From positions 144,724 to 208,723 of the forward strand of contig CAMIVY010000002.1 in assembly GCA_946402275.1 (NCBI GenBank): a stretch of 64,000 nt of DNA, given 5' to 3'. The DNA is from an uncultured Prevotella sp. Its GTDB lineage: Bacteria > Bacteroidota > Bacteroidia > Bacteroidales > Bacteroidaceae. The notes below the pieces were generated by a model, which had not been told where the DNA came from, made no database searches, and saw only the letters and a list, made by a program, of their open reading frames with translations. Of the stretch, positions 32,445 to 42,646 are shown piece by piece. Numbering within the stretch: the first letter of the stretch is position 1; every line of letters begins with the position of its first letter. The position numbers and the translations under genes were made by a program.

Positions 32445-32821
32445 AACCCTCGTCCACACGAGGAAACCATACGCTTTCTACATGCTTATCTTGGCCTTCA
32501 TTTTCGTGCCGTGACAAGACCCAAGCCACCAATCACGACCTTATCCTCTAAATTTCATCAGACTATCGAGGCCTAACCTGACTATTCCCGATTTACCTGC
32601 ACCGCTTGACCCTCAGATTCGGGACTACATCCTTGGAGCGATGTCTCGTTCTCCTACCTTGTAAGAGAATTAGGCCAGTAAACTACTGTACTTCGTTTAG
32701 GCAGCGAGAGCGTACTTTGTTTCGCCAATTAATTTTCCGACCGACGTGATTATGGAGTCCACAGCCGTCACTCCGCATGCTTACGTACCATCTCGGCTCG
32801 CTGTCAAATCCAGTCACCCCC
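32424..32821 (-). ncRNA. ssrA: tmRNA
   Basis: 5' GGGGGTGACTGGATTTGAC; acceptor GGGGGTG/CACTTCC with G3-U70 and discriminator A; T-arm GAGGGTTCGATTCCCTC; tag ORF GETKYALAA-stop at 32726-32697; 3' end reads ACTA, so CCA is not fully encoded. Confidence 0.96.
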
Positions 32822-32845
32822 AAGATAAATATCGTAATTGGACTG

Positions 32846-32905
32846 CAAAAATACAACATATTTTCGATACAACCATCGTTTTCTCGGAAAAATTAGTTAA
32901 TTTTG
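32846..32905. promoter_or_regulatory. Divergent -7 boxes for ssrA (minus, 32846-32853) and the polysaccharide operon (plus, 32898-32905)
   Basis: TATTTTTG and TAATTTTG both match TAnnTTTG. Confidence 0.6.
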
Positions 32906-32943
32906 CACAATATTTAGCACGATAACGTGTTTTTATATTATTA

Positions 32944-35487
32944 ATGCGCACGAATATGAAACGAATAAGTACGATTATAATCGGTCTGCTGTTGGCAACA
33001 GCCTCAACATGGGCCCAGTCCGGCATGACCGATAACCAAGTGATGGACTATGTCATAGAGCAGAACGCCAAGGGAGTTTCACGCCAGCAGATTGTTACCC
33101 AACTGATGCAGCGCGGTGTGACCATCGAACAGATACGCCGTATCCAGAAGAAGTACCAGAAACAGATTAAGAACGGTTCGCTTGGCGCAGAAGATATTAC
33201 CGCTGGCTCCAAAACGGTGAAGTCTAGAATGCGCGAGGCCAACGGAGAATTGCGTGAAGAACAGGCAAAGAAAGACAAGCAGAAAGCTTCGCAGTTCCGC
33301 ATCAAGGACAGCAAGATGGAGTCTTACAAGAAGCAGAAGCATACTTACAATGAAGACGACAAGGACTTCGTAGAAATGGACGAGGCCATGGACTTCATGA
33401 TGCCCGACTCGCTGAAATACTTCATGGAAGAGAAAGAGGGTAAGCGCAAGATATTCGGTCACGACGTGTTCAACAACAAGAACCTCACTTTCGAAAGCAG
33501 CATGAATCTGGCTACTCCACAGAATTACCGTCTGGGACCTGGTGATGCCGTCAATGTAGATATTTGGGGTGCTTCGCAGGAGAGTGTTACAGAAATCATA
33601 TCACCCGACGGAACCATTACCATCGAAGACATCGGTGTCATCCAATTGGGTGGTCTCTCTGTCAGTCAGGCCAAAGCACGCCTGAAGAAAGTATTAGGTC
33701 CGAGGTTTCAGGGATCTCAAATTGACCTGACCCTAGGCCAGACCAGAACCATTACGGTTAACATCATGGGTGAGGTGAAAGTACCTGGAACCTATACTAT
33801 GTCGGCTTTTGCCACTGTTTATAACGCTCTCTACATGGCAGGAGGTCCTAACGAGATTGGTACCTTGCGAAATGTCAAGGTGTTCCGTCGCGGCAGACAA
33901 GTAACCAGCGTTGATGTTTACGACTTCCTGCTCAACGGAAAGCTGACGGGCGATGTACGTCTGCAAGACAACGATGTTATAACGGTCGGTCCATACGAAG
34001 CCCTGGTAAACATTACGGGTAAGGTGAAGCGTCCTATGTTCTACGAGATGAAGAAGACGGAAAGCGCCGCTACCCTACTCCGCTATGCAGGTGGTTTTAC
34101 AGGCGACGCTTATACAAAGGCTATCCGCATCAACCGCAAAGCGGGCAATCAGTATTCCGTGTTCAGCGTTGGCGAATTTGACATGAGTCAATTCAAGCTG
34201 ATGGACGAAGACTCCGTCAGTGTTGACTCGACGCTCAACCGCTATCAGAACATGGTTGAAATCAAAGGTGCCGTATTCCGTCCTGGCATGTACCATGTAG
34301 GCGAAAACATCAGCACTGTCAAGGCATTGGTAGAGGCTGCAGCAGGCCTGACAGAGGGTGCCATCTCGCAACATGCCGTCATGCACCGTATGAGAGCAGA
34401 CCGCACGCTGGAAGTATTGAGCGTGGATGTTCGTGGCATTCTGGAAGGCACTACACCCGATGTCCCCTTGCGCAACGAAGATGTGCTCTACATTGCCAGT
34501 CGTGAGGAGAAAGTAGAGAAGCAAACGGTAACCATCAATGGCGAAGTACTCTATCCTGGTACCTACAAATATGCAGCCAACGAGAGTGTAGAAGACCTCA
34601 TCTTACAGGCAGGAGGTCCTACCGATGCCGCTTCATTGGTAAAAGTTGACGTGTCGCGCCGCGTCAGCAATCCTAATGCCACAGAGGCCGGCGACCAGAT
34701 AGCACAGACCTTCAGCTTCAAGTTGACCCCCGACTTCAACATTGCCGATCAGCCTGACTTCAGACTGATGCCATTTGACGAAGTCTATGTACGCCGCAGT
34801 CCTAACTATACCGAACAGCAGAACGTTACCATTGAAGGTGAAGTACAGTTTGAAGGTACTTATACCCTATCCAATAAAGGTCAGCGATTGAGTGATGTCC
34901 TCAAACAGGCTGGTGGACTGACCAAACGAGCTTACCCCGAGGGCACCAAACTTCTCCGACTGATGACTCCCGAAGAACGCGAACAGATGGAAGTAGTGCT
35001 TCGCACCGCTCAGCGTAACTCTGGACGTGACTCCATTGATGTCAAGAAGCTCATGACTAATGCCAACTACCCCGTAGGTATTGAACTCGACAAAGCCTTA
35101 AAGAATCCTGGTTCTGAGGACGACCCCATCCTGCGTGAAGGCGACCGCATCGTTGTCCCCCGCTACGATGGCACTGTCAAGATCAATGGTGAAGTGCTCT
35201 ATCCCAACACCGTCTATTTCAAGGAAGGGAAAGATGCCAAGTATTATATAGAACAGGCTGGTGGCACCACCTCTAGTGCCAAAAAGAGTCAGACCATCAT
35301 CATCTACATGAACGGCATGGTGGCCCGTGCCGACCGCAAACACAAACCACGCCCTGGTTGCCAAATCGTTGTACCCACCAAGAAACAACGCCGTGGCCTG
35401 GGCCTGCAGGAGTGGCTGAGTATAGGAACCAGCACCGCCTCATTAGGTACGATGATTGCCACTATTGCTAACTTGACGAAGAAGTAA
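32944..35487 (+). CDS. Polysaccharide export protein with multiple SLBB domains (KpsD/Wza-like)
   Basis: IFGHDVF, PQNYRLGPGD, repeated GEVK.PG.Y / L..AGG SLBB units, C-terminal PG.QIVVP and amphipathic helix. Start may be 32956. Confidence 0.88.
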   Translation: MRTNMKRISTIIIGLLLATASTWAQSGMTDNQVMDYVIEQNAKGVSRQQIVTQLMQRGVTIEQIRRIQKKYQKQIKNGSLGAEDITAGSKTVKSRMREANGELREEQAKKDKQKASQFRIKDSKMESYKKQKHTYNEDDKDFVEMDEAMDFMMPDSLKYFMEEKEGKRKIFGHDVFNNKNLTFESSMNLATPQNYRLGPGDAVNVDIWGASQESVTEIISPDGTITIEDIGVIQLGGLSVSQAKARLKKVLGPRFQGSQIDLTLGQTRTITVNIMGEVKVPGTYTMSAFATVYNALYMAGGPNEIGTLRNVKVFRRGRQVTSVDVYDFLLNGKLTGDVRLQDNDVITVGPYEALVNITGKVKRPMFYEMKKTESAATLLRYAGGFTGDAYTKAIRINRKAGNQYSVFSVGEFDMSQFKLMDEDSVSVDSTLNRYQNMVEIKGAVFRPGMYHVGENISTVKALVEAAAGLTEGAISQHAVMHRMRADRTLEVLSVDVRGILEGTTPDVPLRNEDVLYIASREEKVEKQTVTINGEVLYPGTYKYAANESVEDLILQAGGPTDAASLVKVDVSRRVSNPNATEAGDQIAQTFSFKLTPDFNIADQPDFRLMPFDEVYVRRSPNYTEQQNVTIEGEVQFEGTYTLSNKGQRLSDVLKQAGGLTKRAYPEGTKLLRLMTPEEREQMEVVLRTAQRNSGRDSIDVKKLMTNANYPVGIELDKALKNPGSEDDPILREGDRIVVPRYDGTVKINGEVLYPNTVYFKEGKDAKYYIEQAGGTTSSAKKSQTIIIYMNGMVARADRKHKPRPGCQIVVPTKKQRRGLGLQEWLSIGTSTASLGTMIATIANLTKK

Positions 35488-35493
35488 GAAAGT

Positions 35494-36567
35494 ATGGAAG
35501 AGATGAAGAAAAACAGACCTGAGGTTATTGACATACGTATCATCTTTAAGCAGATACGAGACAATAAGATTTTGTTCTATAAAGTATTGTCAATCGTTTT
35601 CGTACTATCGTGCATATATATACTCGGTATTCCCCGTTATTACACCTCTGATGCAAAGCTGGCTCCAGAAATGGGAGGTTCTTCGACAGGAAGCATCGGA
35701 TCTATTGCTTCTGCCTTCGGATTTGACCTGAGTAATATGGAAACTGCCGATGCCATCTATCCGACTTTATATCCTGACCTGATGGAAGACGACGGTTTTG
35801 TCACAGGTTTGTTTAACATCCGAGTTGTCAGCCAGGACGGCCAGATCAACACGACTTACTACGATTATTTAAGGAAACACCAGAAGAAGAGTATATGGAG
35901 CTATCCCATAACTTGGATTAAAATCCTATTTACCTTTAAAAAGAAAGACCAAGGTAGCAAAGAAGGCAAATTTGATCCTTACAATCTGTCAGAACCAGAC
36001 TACGATATTGCGGAGTCTATCAGGGGTAACATCATGTTCAATTTCAATGAAAAGACTGGTATAGTCAGCATCAAGACCAAAGCACAAGACCCTCTTATCT
36101 GTAAAACACTGGCCGACTCCGTTATGGCCCACTTACAAGATTTCATAACAGAATATCGTACCAACAAGGCACGCATAGACTTTGATTATTACAGGCATCT
36201 GGCTACCAAGGCCAAAGAAGACTACGAGAAGGTTCGCAGGGTGTATGCCAGTATGGCCGATGCCACGACAAACGTATCATTGAAGAGCGTCGAATTGAAA
36301 TTGCAAGATATTGAGAATGACATGCAACTGAAATTTAATGCCTACACAACCGTCAACAATCAGTTGGAAGCAGCCAAAGCAAAGGTTCAAGAGCGTACCC
36401 CGGCTTTTACTACGCTGAAAGGAGCAGCTGTGCCCCAAAAACCTGCTGGTCCCAAAAGAGTATTCTTTGTACTCTTTATGCTTATTCTTTCATCAGTAGT
36501 AACGGCAGCTATCGTTTTACGTCACGATATAATTAAAACACTACCAATGAACTATCATAAAGATTAG
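35494..36567 (+). CDS. Wzz-like chain length determinant / co-polymerase
   Basis: IDI..IF N-terminus, two TM ends, DAIYPTLYPD, coiled coil, VQERTPAF...VPQKPAGPKR; no Walker A kinase domain. Confidence 0.85.
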   Translation: MEEMKKNRPEVIDIRIIFKQIRDNKILFYKVLSIVFVLSCIYILGIPRYYTSDAKLAPEMGGSSTGSIGSIASAFGFDLSNMETADAIYPTLYPDLMEDDGFVTGLFNIRVVSQDGQINTTYYDYLRKHQKKSIWSYPITWIKILFTFKKKDQGSKEGKFDPYNLSEPDYDIAESIRGNIMFNFNEKTGIVSIKTKAQDPLICKTLADSVMAHLQDFITEYRTNKARIDFDYYRHLATKAKEDYEKVRRVYASMADATTNVSLKSVELKLQDIENDMQLKFNAYTTVNNQLEAAKAKVQERTPAFTTLKGAAVPQKPAGPKRVFFVLFMLILSSVVTAAIVLRHDIIKTLPMNYHKD

Positions 36568-36570
36568 CTT

Positions 36571-37785
36571 GTGGAAATTGCCTTTTCTGACAAAATAAGT
36601 ATTTCTTTCAAAAAAGATATTCTGCTCACCCCCATGATATACGTGGTATGGGCATATATGGCTATTACCTATTTGAGAGGTATTTTTTTGCGCTTGCCCG
36701 TTATTAAAGACAACGTAGAGATTGCCATAATACTTTATTTTGCCTTTCCGGTTATTCTGGCAATTCCGTCATTGTTTAACAAATTCTGCTTGGGAGACTA
36801 CCTCTTTTATTTAGCCAATGTCTTGTTTCTGTTGTCAGGTTATGTTTTTTTCCCTGAGAACACTGAGTATTTAAATGAAAACATACTGACATGTATATTC
36901 TGTATTTTCCCTTTTTATTTCCTCGGACGGATAATCGAAATAGAAAAGTCATTTGATGCATTCCTTCTCCTGTCTGCAGCTTGTATTCTGCTTGACCTGT
37001 TCTACTTCTTAGTTTACGCCCAAAACAACAAGAACATGGAAGAAGTTGCCGGTCAGGACAATATGTTTGCAGCATATCAGATACTTCCGCACGTTGCATT
37101 TCTTCTATGGGCGACCTTGAAAAAGTTCCGAATCTGGAAAATTGTTACCACGTTTCTTGGCATATTATTCCTCCTTTCATGTGGAACACGAGGTCCCTTG
37201 GTATGCTTGGGATTTTTCACCATTATATATTTCTTCTTCTATATGAATTTCAAAGGAGCTGTGTATGTCAAATTTTTCATCCTTGCTATGGCAAGTATTG
37301 TGATTGTGAATTTGCAAAGCATTGCCATAGCTCTGGCCAAAGTATTTACTGGACTACAACTTAGCACACGTATCCTTGAGAAGTTTATTACCGGAGAGCT
37401 TGGAAATGATTCTTATCGGAGCGTTTTACGTGACAGGCTTTATGAGGTTCTGGACAGCGGAAACCATTTCTTTGGCCTCGGGGCTTTCGGCTGTCGCAAT
37501 TATGACATCGTGTATCCACATGTCTTGCATCTTGATTTTTTCTGTACATACGGCTATCTCGTCGGAACCGCACTTTTAATATTACTTTTCCTTCTTATCG
37601 GATGGGCATTTTGGCTTTCCCGAAATACGAGTGAGCAAGTGTTCTTGCTATTCCTGTTTTCGATCACCATCATAAAACTCCTATTAAGTGGCACCTTTAT
37701 TCAAGAACCCTATTTTTTTCTGTTAATTGGAGCATGCGTGAAAGTATTTTTAGATAAACGTTCTATACTCTATGATAACAGGTAA
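36571..37785 (+). CDS. Wzy polymerase / O-antigen ligase-like membrane protein
   Basis: About 11 TM segments, GTRGP motif, late periplasmic loop with FGLG and YPH...LD..YG. Confidence 0.75.
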   Translation: MEIAFSDKISISFKKDILLTPMIYVVWAYMAITYLRGIFLRLPVIKDNVEIAIILYFAFPVILAIPSLFNKFCLGDYLFYLANVLFLLSGYVFFPENTEYLNENILTCIFCIFPFYFLGRIIEIEKSFDAFLLLSAACILLDLFYFLVYAQNNKNMEEVAGQDNMFAAYQILPHVAFLLWATLKKFRIWKIVTTFLGILFLLSCGTRGPLVCLGFFTIIYFFFYMNFKGAVYVKFFILAMASIVIVNLQSIAIALAKVFTGLQLSTRILEKFITGELGNDSYRSVLRDRLYEVLDSGNHFFGLGAFGCRNYDIVYPHVLHLDFFCTYGYLVGTALLILLFLLIGWAFWLSRNTSEQVFLLFLFSITIIKLLLSGTFIQEPYFFLLIGACVKVFLDKRSILYDNR

Positions 37786-39217
37786 CAAGATAGTCAGTTC
37801 TTTTATTTGGAAATTGCTTGAAAGATTTTCATCACAAGCAGTTTCTTTAATGGTAACTATAATTCTTGCACGCCTTCTTCTTCCAAGCGAGTTCGGAATA
37901 GTAGCCATCATTACCGTTTTTATTGAATTGGCTAATGTCATTATAGACGGAGGGCTTAACACGGCATTGATACAAAAGAAAGAAGCCGACAACCTTGATT
38001 TTTCGACTATCCTGTATTTCAGTCTCGCACTGTCTTTTGCTCTATACATAATACTTTTTTTTGCTGCCCCCCACATCGCCTCTTTCTATGACAACACGAT
38101 ATTAACACCCGTATTACGAGTTCTGAGTATTAATCTGTTTTTCAACACTATTAATGCCATCCAGCGCGCATTCATCGCAAAAAACATGCTTTTCAACAAA
38201 TTGTTTTATTGCAATTTAGCAGCTATCATGACCTCTGGCTGCGTGGGAACAATCATGGCATATGGAGGCTGGGGCGTGTGGGCTTTGGTCTTTCAGCAAA
38301 TTGCAAACCAATTTATACTCACGGTGGTTATGTGGTTCACTGTCAAGTGGCGTCCTATCTTGAGATTCTCCATGGAACGATTCAAAGGGCTCTTCGACTA
38401 TGGATGGAAGATTTTTCTCACCAATCTAATCATTGCAATATATGAGAATGCAAGAAGTCTGATTATCGGCAAAATATACCATCCTTCAACTTTAGCTTTT
38501 TTTGACAGAGGAAAACAAATTCCCAGTCTTGCCATCACCAATTTCAGCGTATCTCTTCAGACCATCTTATTGCCTGCTTTTTCCGATATCCAAGATGACA
38601 AGATGCACGTAAGACAACTGATGACACACTCCATAAAACTAGTCAACGCCATCATTCTGCCCGTACTCGTATGCCTAGCTGTTTCGGCCAAACCACTTGT
38701 CATTCTTTTGCTTACAGAAAAATGGCTGCCTGCAGTACCATTCTTGCAGATTTTTTGTGTGGCTTATATGTTGATTCCTATCCAAAGTGCTAATATGAGT
38801 GCCATCAAAGCTTTGGGATATAGCAATATCACGCTTAAGATAGAACTCCTTAAGAAATTCATAGAAACAATTATTCTCATTGTCAGTTTCCTCATTAATG
38901 CCTACGCCGTTGCTTGGGGTATTGTGTTATATAATTTCATAAGCATAGCCATCAATTCATATCCATGCAAAAAAATCCTTGATTACGGTCCTAAAGAACA
39001 GACCATGGACATTCTCCCATACATACTCATTTCATTCCTCATGGGAGCAATCATCTATACTTTTTCCTTTATCAAGATGCACCCAGGAATTCTTCTCACA
39101 TTGCAAATCAGCAGTGGTTTTATTATATACATCATACTGAATATAGTTTTTAACACAAACGGTTATAAGTATGTAAAGCCCCTCATCAAAGAAAGACTAC
39201 ATTCAAATCATCATTAA
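37772..39217 (+). CDS. wzx: Wzx flippase
   Basis: ILARLLLPSEFG, DGGLNTALIQKK, GVWALV.QQ, LLTEKWLPAVP; 12+ TM segments. Confidence 0.88.
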   Translation: MITGNKIVSSFIWKLLERFSSQAVSLMVTIILARLLLPSEFGIVAIITVFIELANVIIDGGLNTALIQKKEADNLDFSTILYFSLALSFALYIILFFAAPHIASFYDNTILTPVLRVLSINLFFNTINAIQRAFIAKNMLFNKLFYCNLAAIMTSGCVGTIMAYGGWGVWALVFQQIANQFILTVVMWFTVKWRPILRFSMERFKGLFDYGWKIFLTNLIIAIYENARSLIIGKIYHPSTLAFFDRGKQIPSLAITNFSVSLQTILLPAFSDIQDDKMHVRQLMTHSIKLVNAIILPVLVCLAVSAKPLVILLLTEKWLPAVPFLQIFCVAYMLIPIQSANMSAIKALGYSNITLKIELLKKFIETIILIVSFLINAYAVAWGIVLYNFISIAINSYPCKKILDYGPKEQTMDILPYILISFLMGAIIYTFSFIKMHPGILLTLQISSGFIIYIILNIVFNTNGYKYVKPLIKERLHSNHH

Positions 39218-39226
39218 GCAAGTCAA

Positions 39227-40387
39227 ATGAAACGTGTAATGCTAATCTTCGGCACTCGTCCTGAAGCCATCAAGATGGCTCCATTGGTGAAAGAACTTCA
39301 GAAGCATCCCAAGGCTTTTGAGAGCCTAGTGTGTGTTACAGGACAGCACAGGGAACTACTTGATCAAGTTCTTAGAGTCTTCGATATCACACCTGACTAT
39401 GACCTAAACATTATGAAACAGGGACAAGACCTGTATGACATCACATCCCGCGTCTTGACAGGCATGCGCGAAATTCTACAGAAAGCCAAGCCAGACCTTG
39501 TACTGGTGCATGGAGACACAACCACATCAACAGCCTCAGCCTTAGCAGCCTTCTACCAGCAGATTCCTGTAGGACATGTTGAGGCAGGGCTTCGCACCAG
39601 AAACATATACTCACCATGGCCAGAAGAGATGAACCGCCAAATTACAGGGCGTTTAGCAACCTACCATTTTACCCCCACCACACTCTCCAAAAAGAACTTG
39701 CAGGAAGAATGCGTTCAAGGTAAAATTATCGTGACAGGCAACACGGTTATAGATGCACTCCACATGGTGACAGACAGGCTTTCCCAAGATAAGGTTTTGG
39801 CCAAAGAACAGGAAGCCGCCCTATTAAAGGCCAGCTATGATGTCATGCGCTTGGACAATGGTCGGAAGCTGATTCTCATAACAGGACATCGGCGCGAAAA
39901 CTTCGGAGAAGGTTTTATCAATATGATAACAGCCATCAAAGACCTTACACGAAAGTATCCTGATGTTGATTTCGTTTATCCCATGCATCTTAATCCTAAC
40001 GTCCGCAAGCCCATACATGAGGTATTTGGTGAAGATTTAAGCTGTTTGGGGAATATATTCTTCATCGAACCCCTTCAATATCTAGAGTTTGTATATCTGA
40101 TGGAGAGAGCACATATTGTACTTACTGATAGTGGGGGCATACAAGAGGAAGCCCCTGGCTTGGGTAAGCCAGTTCTCGTGATGCGTGACACCACAGAACG
40201 CCCTGAAGCAGTAGAGGCAGGAACGGTACACCTTGTGGGAACTGATTATAACCTCATTATTAAAGAAGTCAGCACGCTGCTTGAGAACCGGGAAGCCTAC
40301 CAGAAAATGGCAAAAGCTGTCAATCCCTATGGAGACGGGAAAGCCTGTAAACGGATAGTAGAAGCACTTATTGAAAGTTTAACGTAA
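39227..40387 (+). CDS. wecB: UDP-N-acetylglucosamine 2-epimerase (non-hydrolysing)
   Basis: FGTRPEAIKMAP, TGQHR, VHGDTTT, HVEAGLRT, TGHRRENFG, TDSGGIQEEAP, TERPE, NPYGDG. Confidence 0.95.
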   Translation: MKRVMLIFGTRPEAIKMAPLVKELQKHPKAFESLVCVTGQHRELLDQVLRVFDITPDYDLNIMKQGQDLYDITSRVLTGMREILQKAKPDLVLVHGDTTTSTASALAAFYQQIPVGHVEAGLRTRNIYSPWPEEMNRQITGRLATYHFTPTTLSKKNLQEECVQGKIIVTGNTVIDALHMVTDRLSQDKVLAKEQEAALLKASYDVMRLDNGRKLILITGHRRENFGEGFINMITAIKDLTRKYPDVDFVYPMHLNPNVRKPIHEVFGEDLSCLGNIFFIEPLQYLEFVYLMERAHIVLTDSGGIQEEAPGLGKPVLVMRDTTERPEAVEAGTVHLVGTDYNLIIKEVSTLLENREAYQKMAKAVNPYGDGKACKRIVEALIESLT

Positions 40388-40398
40388 GATACTAAAGT

Positions 40399-41496
40399 AT
40401 GCATGCACATATCATATACAATTACCTTAAGCCTAACGGAGTGGGCATTTCCATAGGTGGTGTACAAACTTACATTACCAATCTCATCCCTTTATTGAAA
40501 AAGAGCGGATACAGCATTACCATCTATCAAGTTTCCGATTTGGACTTCCACCAGGAATTTGCTGACTATGACATATATGGACTAAAAACAGATGAAAGGA
40601 AGCAAACTGCTGCTGTGTTATCAGCATTTGCATTTCAGCACATCAACCCAACAACCGACTTGTTAATATACGGAACAGACTTCCTAATCCATAAAAAATC
40701 ACCGTGCCGCTCCATTGCCATACAACACGGAATTTCTTGGGACATCCCGTTTGACAACTGCTCAAAATTGAGATATTTAAAGCACTACTTAGGAAAATGC
40801 AAAGATGCATGGAAGACCATTCAGCGAGTGAATAAGGTTGACCAATTAGTATGCGTTGACTACAACTTTGTCAATTGGCACAGGGCAACATCTCCCTATT
40901 CAAAAACACGACACATTGTCATACCTAATTTTTCTGCCATTCCAGCATTTCAGCCGCAAAAAAACAATAAAGACATCAAAATAATATTTGCAAGACGACT
41001 CTTCGCCTATCGTGGAACCCGTCTTTTTGCAGATGTAGCAGAAAGGATATTAACGGAGTATAAGAATGTCTGTGTTACGATAGCCGGCACCGGACCAGAT
41101 GAAGACTATATGCATCAGAAACTGGATAAATTCTGCAATGTGGAATTCACTACATACGAAAGCAAAGACAGTCTAAGAATCCACGAAGACAAGAATATTG
41201 CCGTTGTGCCTACCTTAGGATCTGAAGGTACATCTTTGTCTCTCTTGGAGGCAATGGCATCAGGATGCGCTGTAGTATGTACCAATGTGGGAGGAATGAC
41301 TAATATCGTACTAGACGGATATAATGGACTTTTGGTCAATCCTGAAAAAGAAGATCTCTATCAAGCACTTCGGAACCTGATAGAAGATATTGCCACAAGA
41401 ACAGTACTACAAGCTAATGCATATATGACCGTCAGCAAAGCCTTCTCACTGGAAAAATGGCAAAGGAGATGGCTAACACTACTTCAACGACAATAA
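40399..41496 (+). CDS. GT4 glycosyltransferase
   Basis: GGVQTY, EGTSLSLLEAMASG..VV.TNVGG (EX7E). Confidence 0.88.
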   Translation: MHAHIIYNYLKPNGVGISIGGVQTYITNLIPLLKKSGYSITIYQVSDLDFHQEFADYDIYGLKTDERKQTAAVLSAFAFQHINPTTDLLIYGTDFLIHKKSPCRSIAIQHGISWDIPFDNCSKLRYLKHYLGKCKDAWKTIQRVNKVDQLVCVDYNFVNWHRATSPYSKTRHIVIPNFSAIPAFQPQKNNKDIKIIFARRLFAYRGTRLFADVAERILTEYKNVCVTIAGTGPDEDYMHQKLDKFCNVEFTTYESKDSLRIHEDKNIAVVPTLGSEGTSLSLLEAMASGCAVVCTNVGGMTNIVLDGYNGLLVNPEKEDLYQALRNLIEDIATRTVLQANAYMTVSKAFSLEKWQRRWLTLLQRQ

Positions 41497-41507
41497 ATAA
41501 GAAAGAA

Positions 41508-42641
41508 ATGGAAAAATTATGTTGTTTCTTCAATTACAACCCACTATACCGGTTTCCGATTTACAGCGAGATGTCAAGACAGCTTGAGTGCGATTTCTAC
41601 TTCGGCGACTCTGTTTTCGAACCCTTAAAGCAGTTTGACCCACAAAAGCTGAAAGGATTTCAGAAGACATTGCATACCGTCAGGCTATTTAGAGAATACA
41701 AATGGCATAAGGGGGTGCATTCACTCTTGAAGGGATACTCTGCATATCTGATTACTGGCCAATACGAATATCTCTCTTACTGGGTTATTATCTTCTATGC
41801 AAAGCTAACAGGGAAGCGCATATATTGCTGGACGCATGGTACATCCCAAAAAGCCTTAGGTAAAACTAAAGAACGGCTTATAAACAAGCTTTTTTTTAAG
41901 GTCATGGATGGAATACTCATGTACAACAGTTACAGGATTCCAAACATGGAAGCTATAGGGATCAGTGCCAACAAACTTTTCGTCATCCACAATTCACTCG
42001 ACAGTCCATTTCAAACAGATATCTATGACAAACTGCAACCCTCCAGCATCTATAGAGACCATTTCCATAACGACCTTCCAACTGTAATTTATATTGGACG
42101 CATACAAAAACGCAAGAAAATAGATTTGCTAGTAAAAGCCATCGCCTACCTTTATCATGACAACAATCCTCTTAATCTTGTCATTGTCGGAAAAGCCACT
42201 CAGGAAAACGATATTGAGCAGTTAGTTCTGGACAAGGGAATTGCTGACCATGTATGGTTCTATGGTCCCTGTTTTGAAGAGGAGAAAAATGCTGAGTTGC
42301 TTTACAACGCCGCAGTTTGTGTATGCCCTGCAGAAGTCGGTTTGACTGCTATTCACTCTCTGACGTATGGTACACCAGTTATTTCCAACAACGATTTTGA
42401 CACACAAATGCCAGAATTTGAAGCCATCATCAATGGCGAAACTGGTTCTTTCTACCAGGCTGGTGATATTCCTAGCCTTGCTCAGGAGATAGTAAGATGG
42501 AGCAATAAGACAACAGAAGAGCGCACTGCCATACGTGCCCGGGCAAGGAAAGAAATCACAACATCATGGAGCATAAACTATCAAATAGATGTACTAAGAA
42601 ACGTTTTTCCAGATTACAAATCATCATATAAGTCGAAATAG
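41508..42641 (+). CDS. GT4 glycosyltransferase
   Basis: YIGRIQKRKKID, GLTAIHSLTYGTPVI, QMPEFEAI; likely start ATG 41508 rather than 41457. Confidence 0.8.
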   Translation: MEKLCCFFNYNPLYRFPIYSEMSRQLECDFYFGDSVFEPLKQFDPQKLKGFQKTLHTVRLFREYKWHKGVHSLLKGYSAYLITGQYEYLSYWVIIFYAKLTGKRIYCWTHGTSQKALGKTKERLINKLFFKVMDGILMYNSYRIPNMEAIGISANKLFVIHNSLDSPFQTDIYDKLQPSSIYRDHFHNDLPTVIYIGRIQKRKKIDLLVKAIAYLYHDNNPLNLVIVGKATQENDIEQLVLDKGIADHVWFYGPCFEEEKNAELLYNAAVCVCPAEVGLTAIHSLTYGTPVISNNDFDTQMPEFEAIINGETGSFYQAGDIPSLAQEIVRWSNKTTEERTAIRARARKEITTSWSINYQIDVLRNVFPDYKSSYKSK

Positions 42642-42646
42642 CTACT

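Noticed and set aside
32270-32551. ORFs 32270..32551 and 32290..32532
   Set aside because: Overlap tmRNA and its duplicated 3' end.
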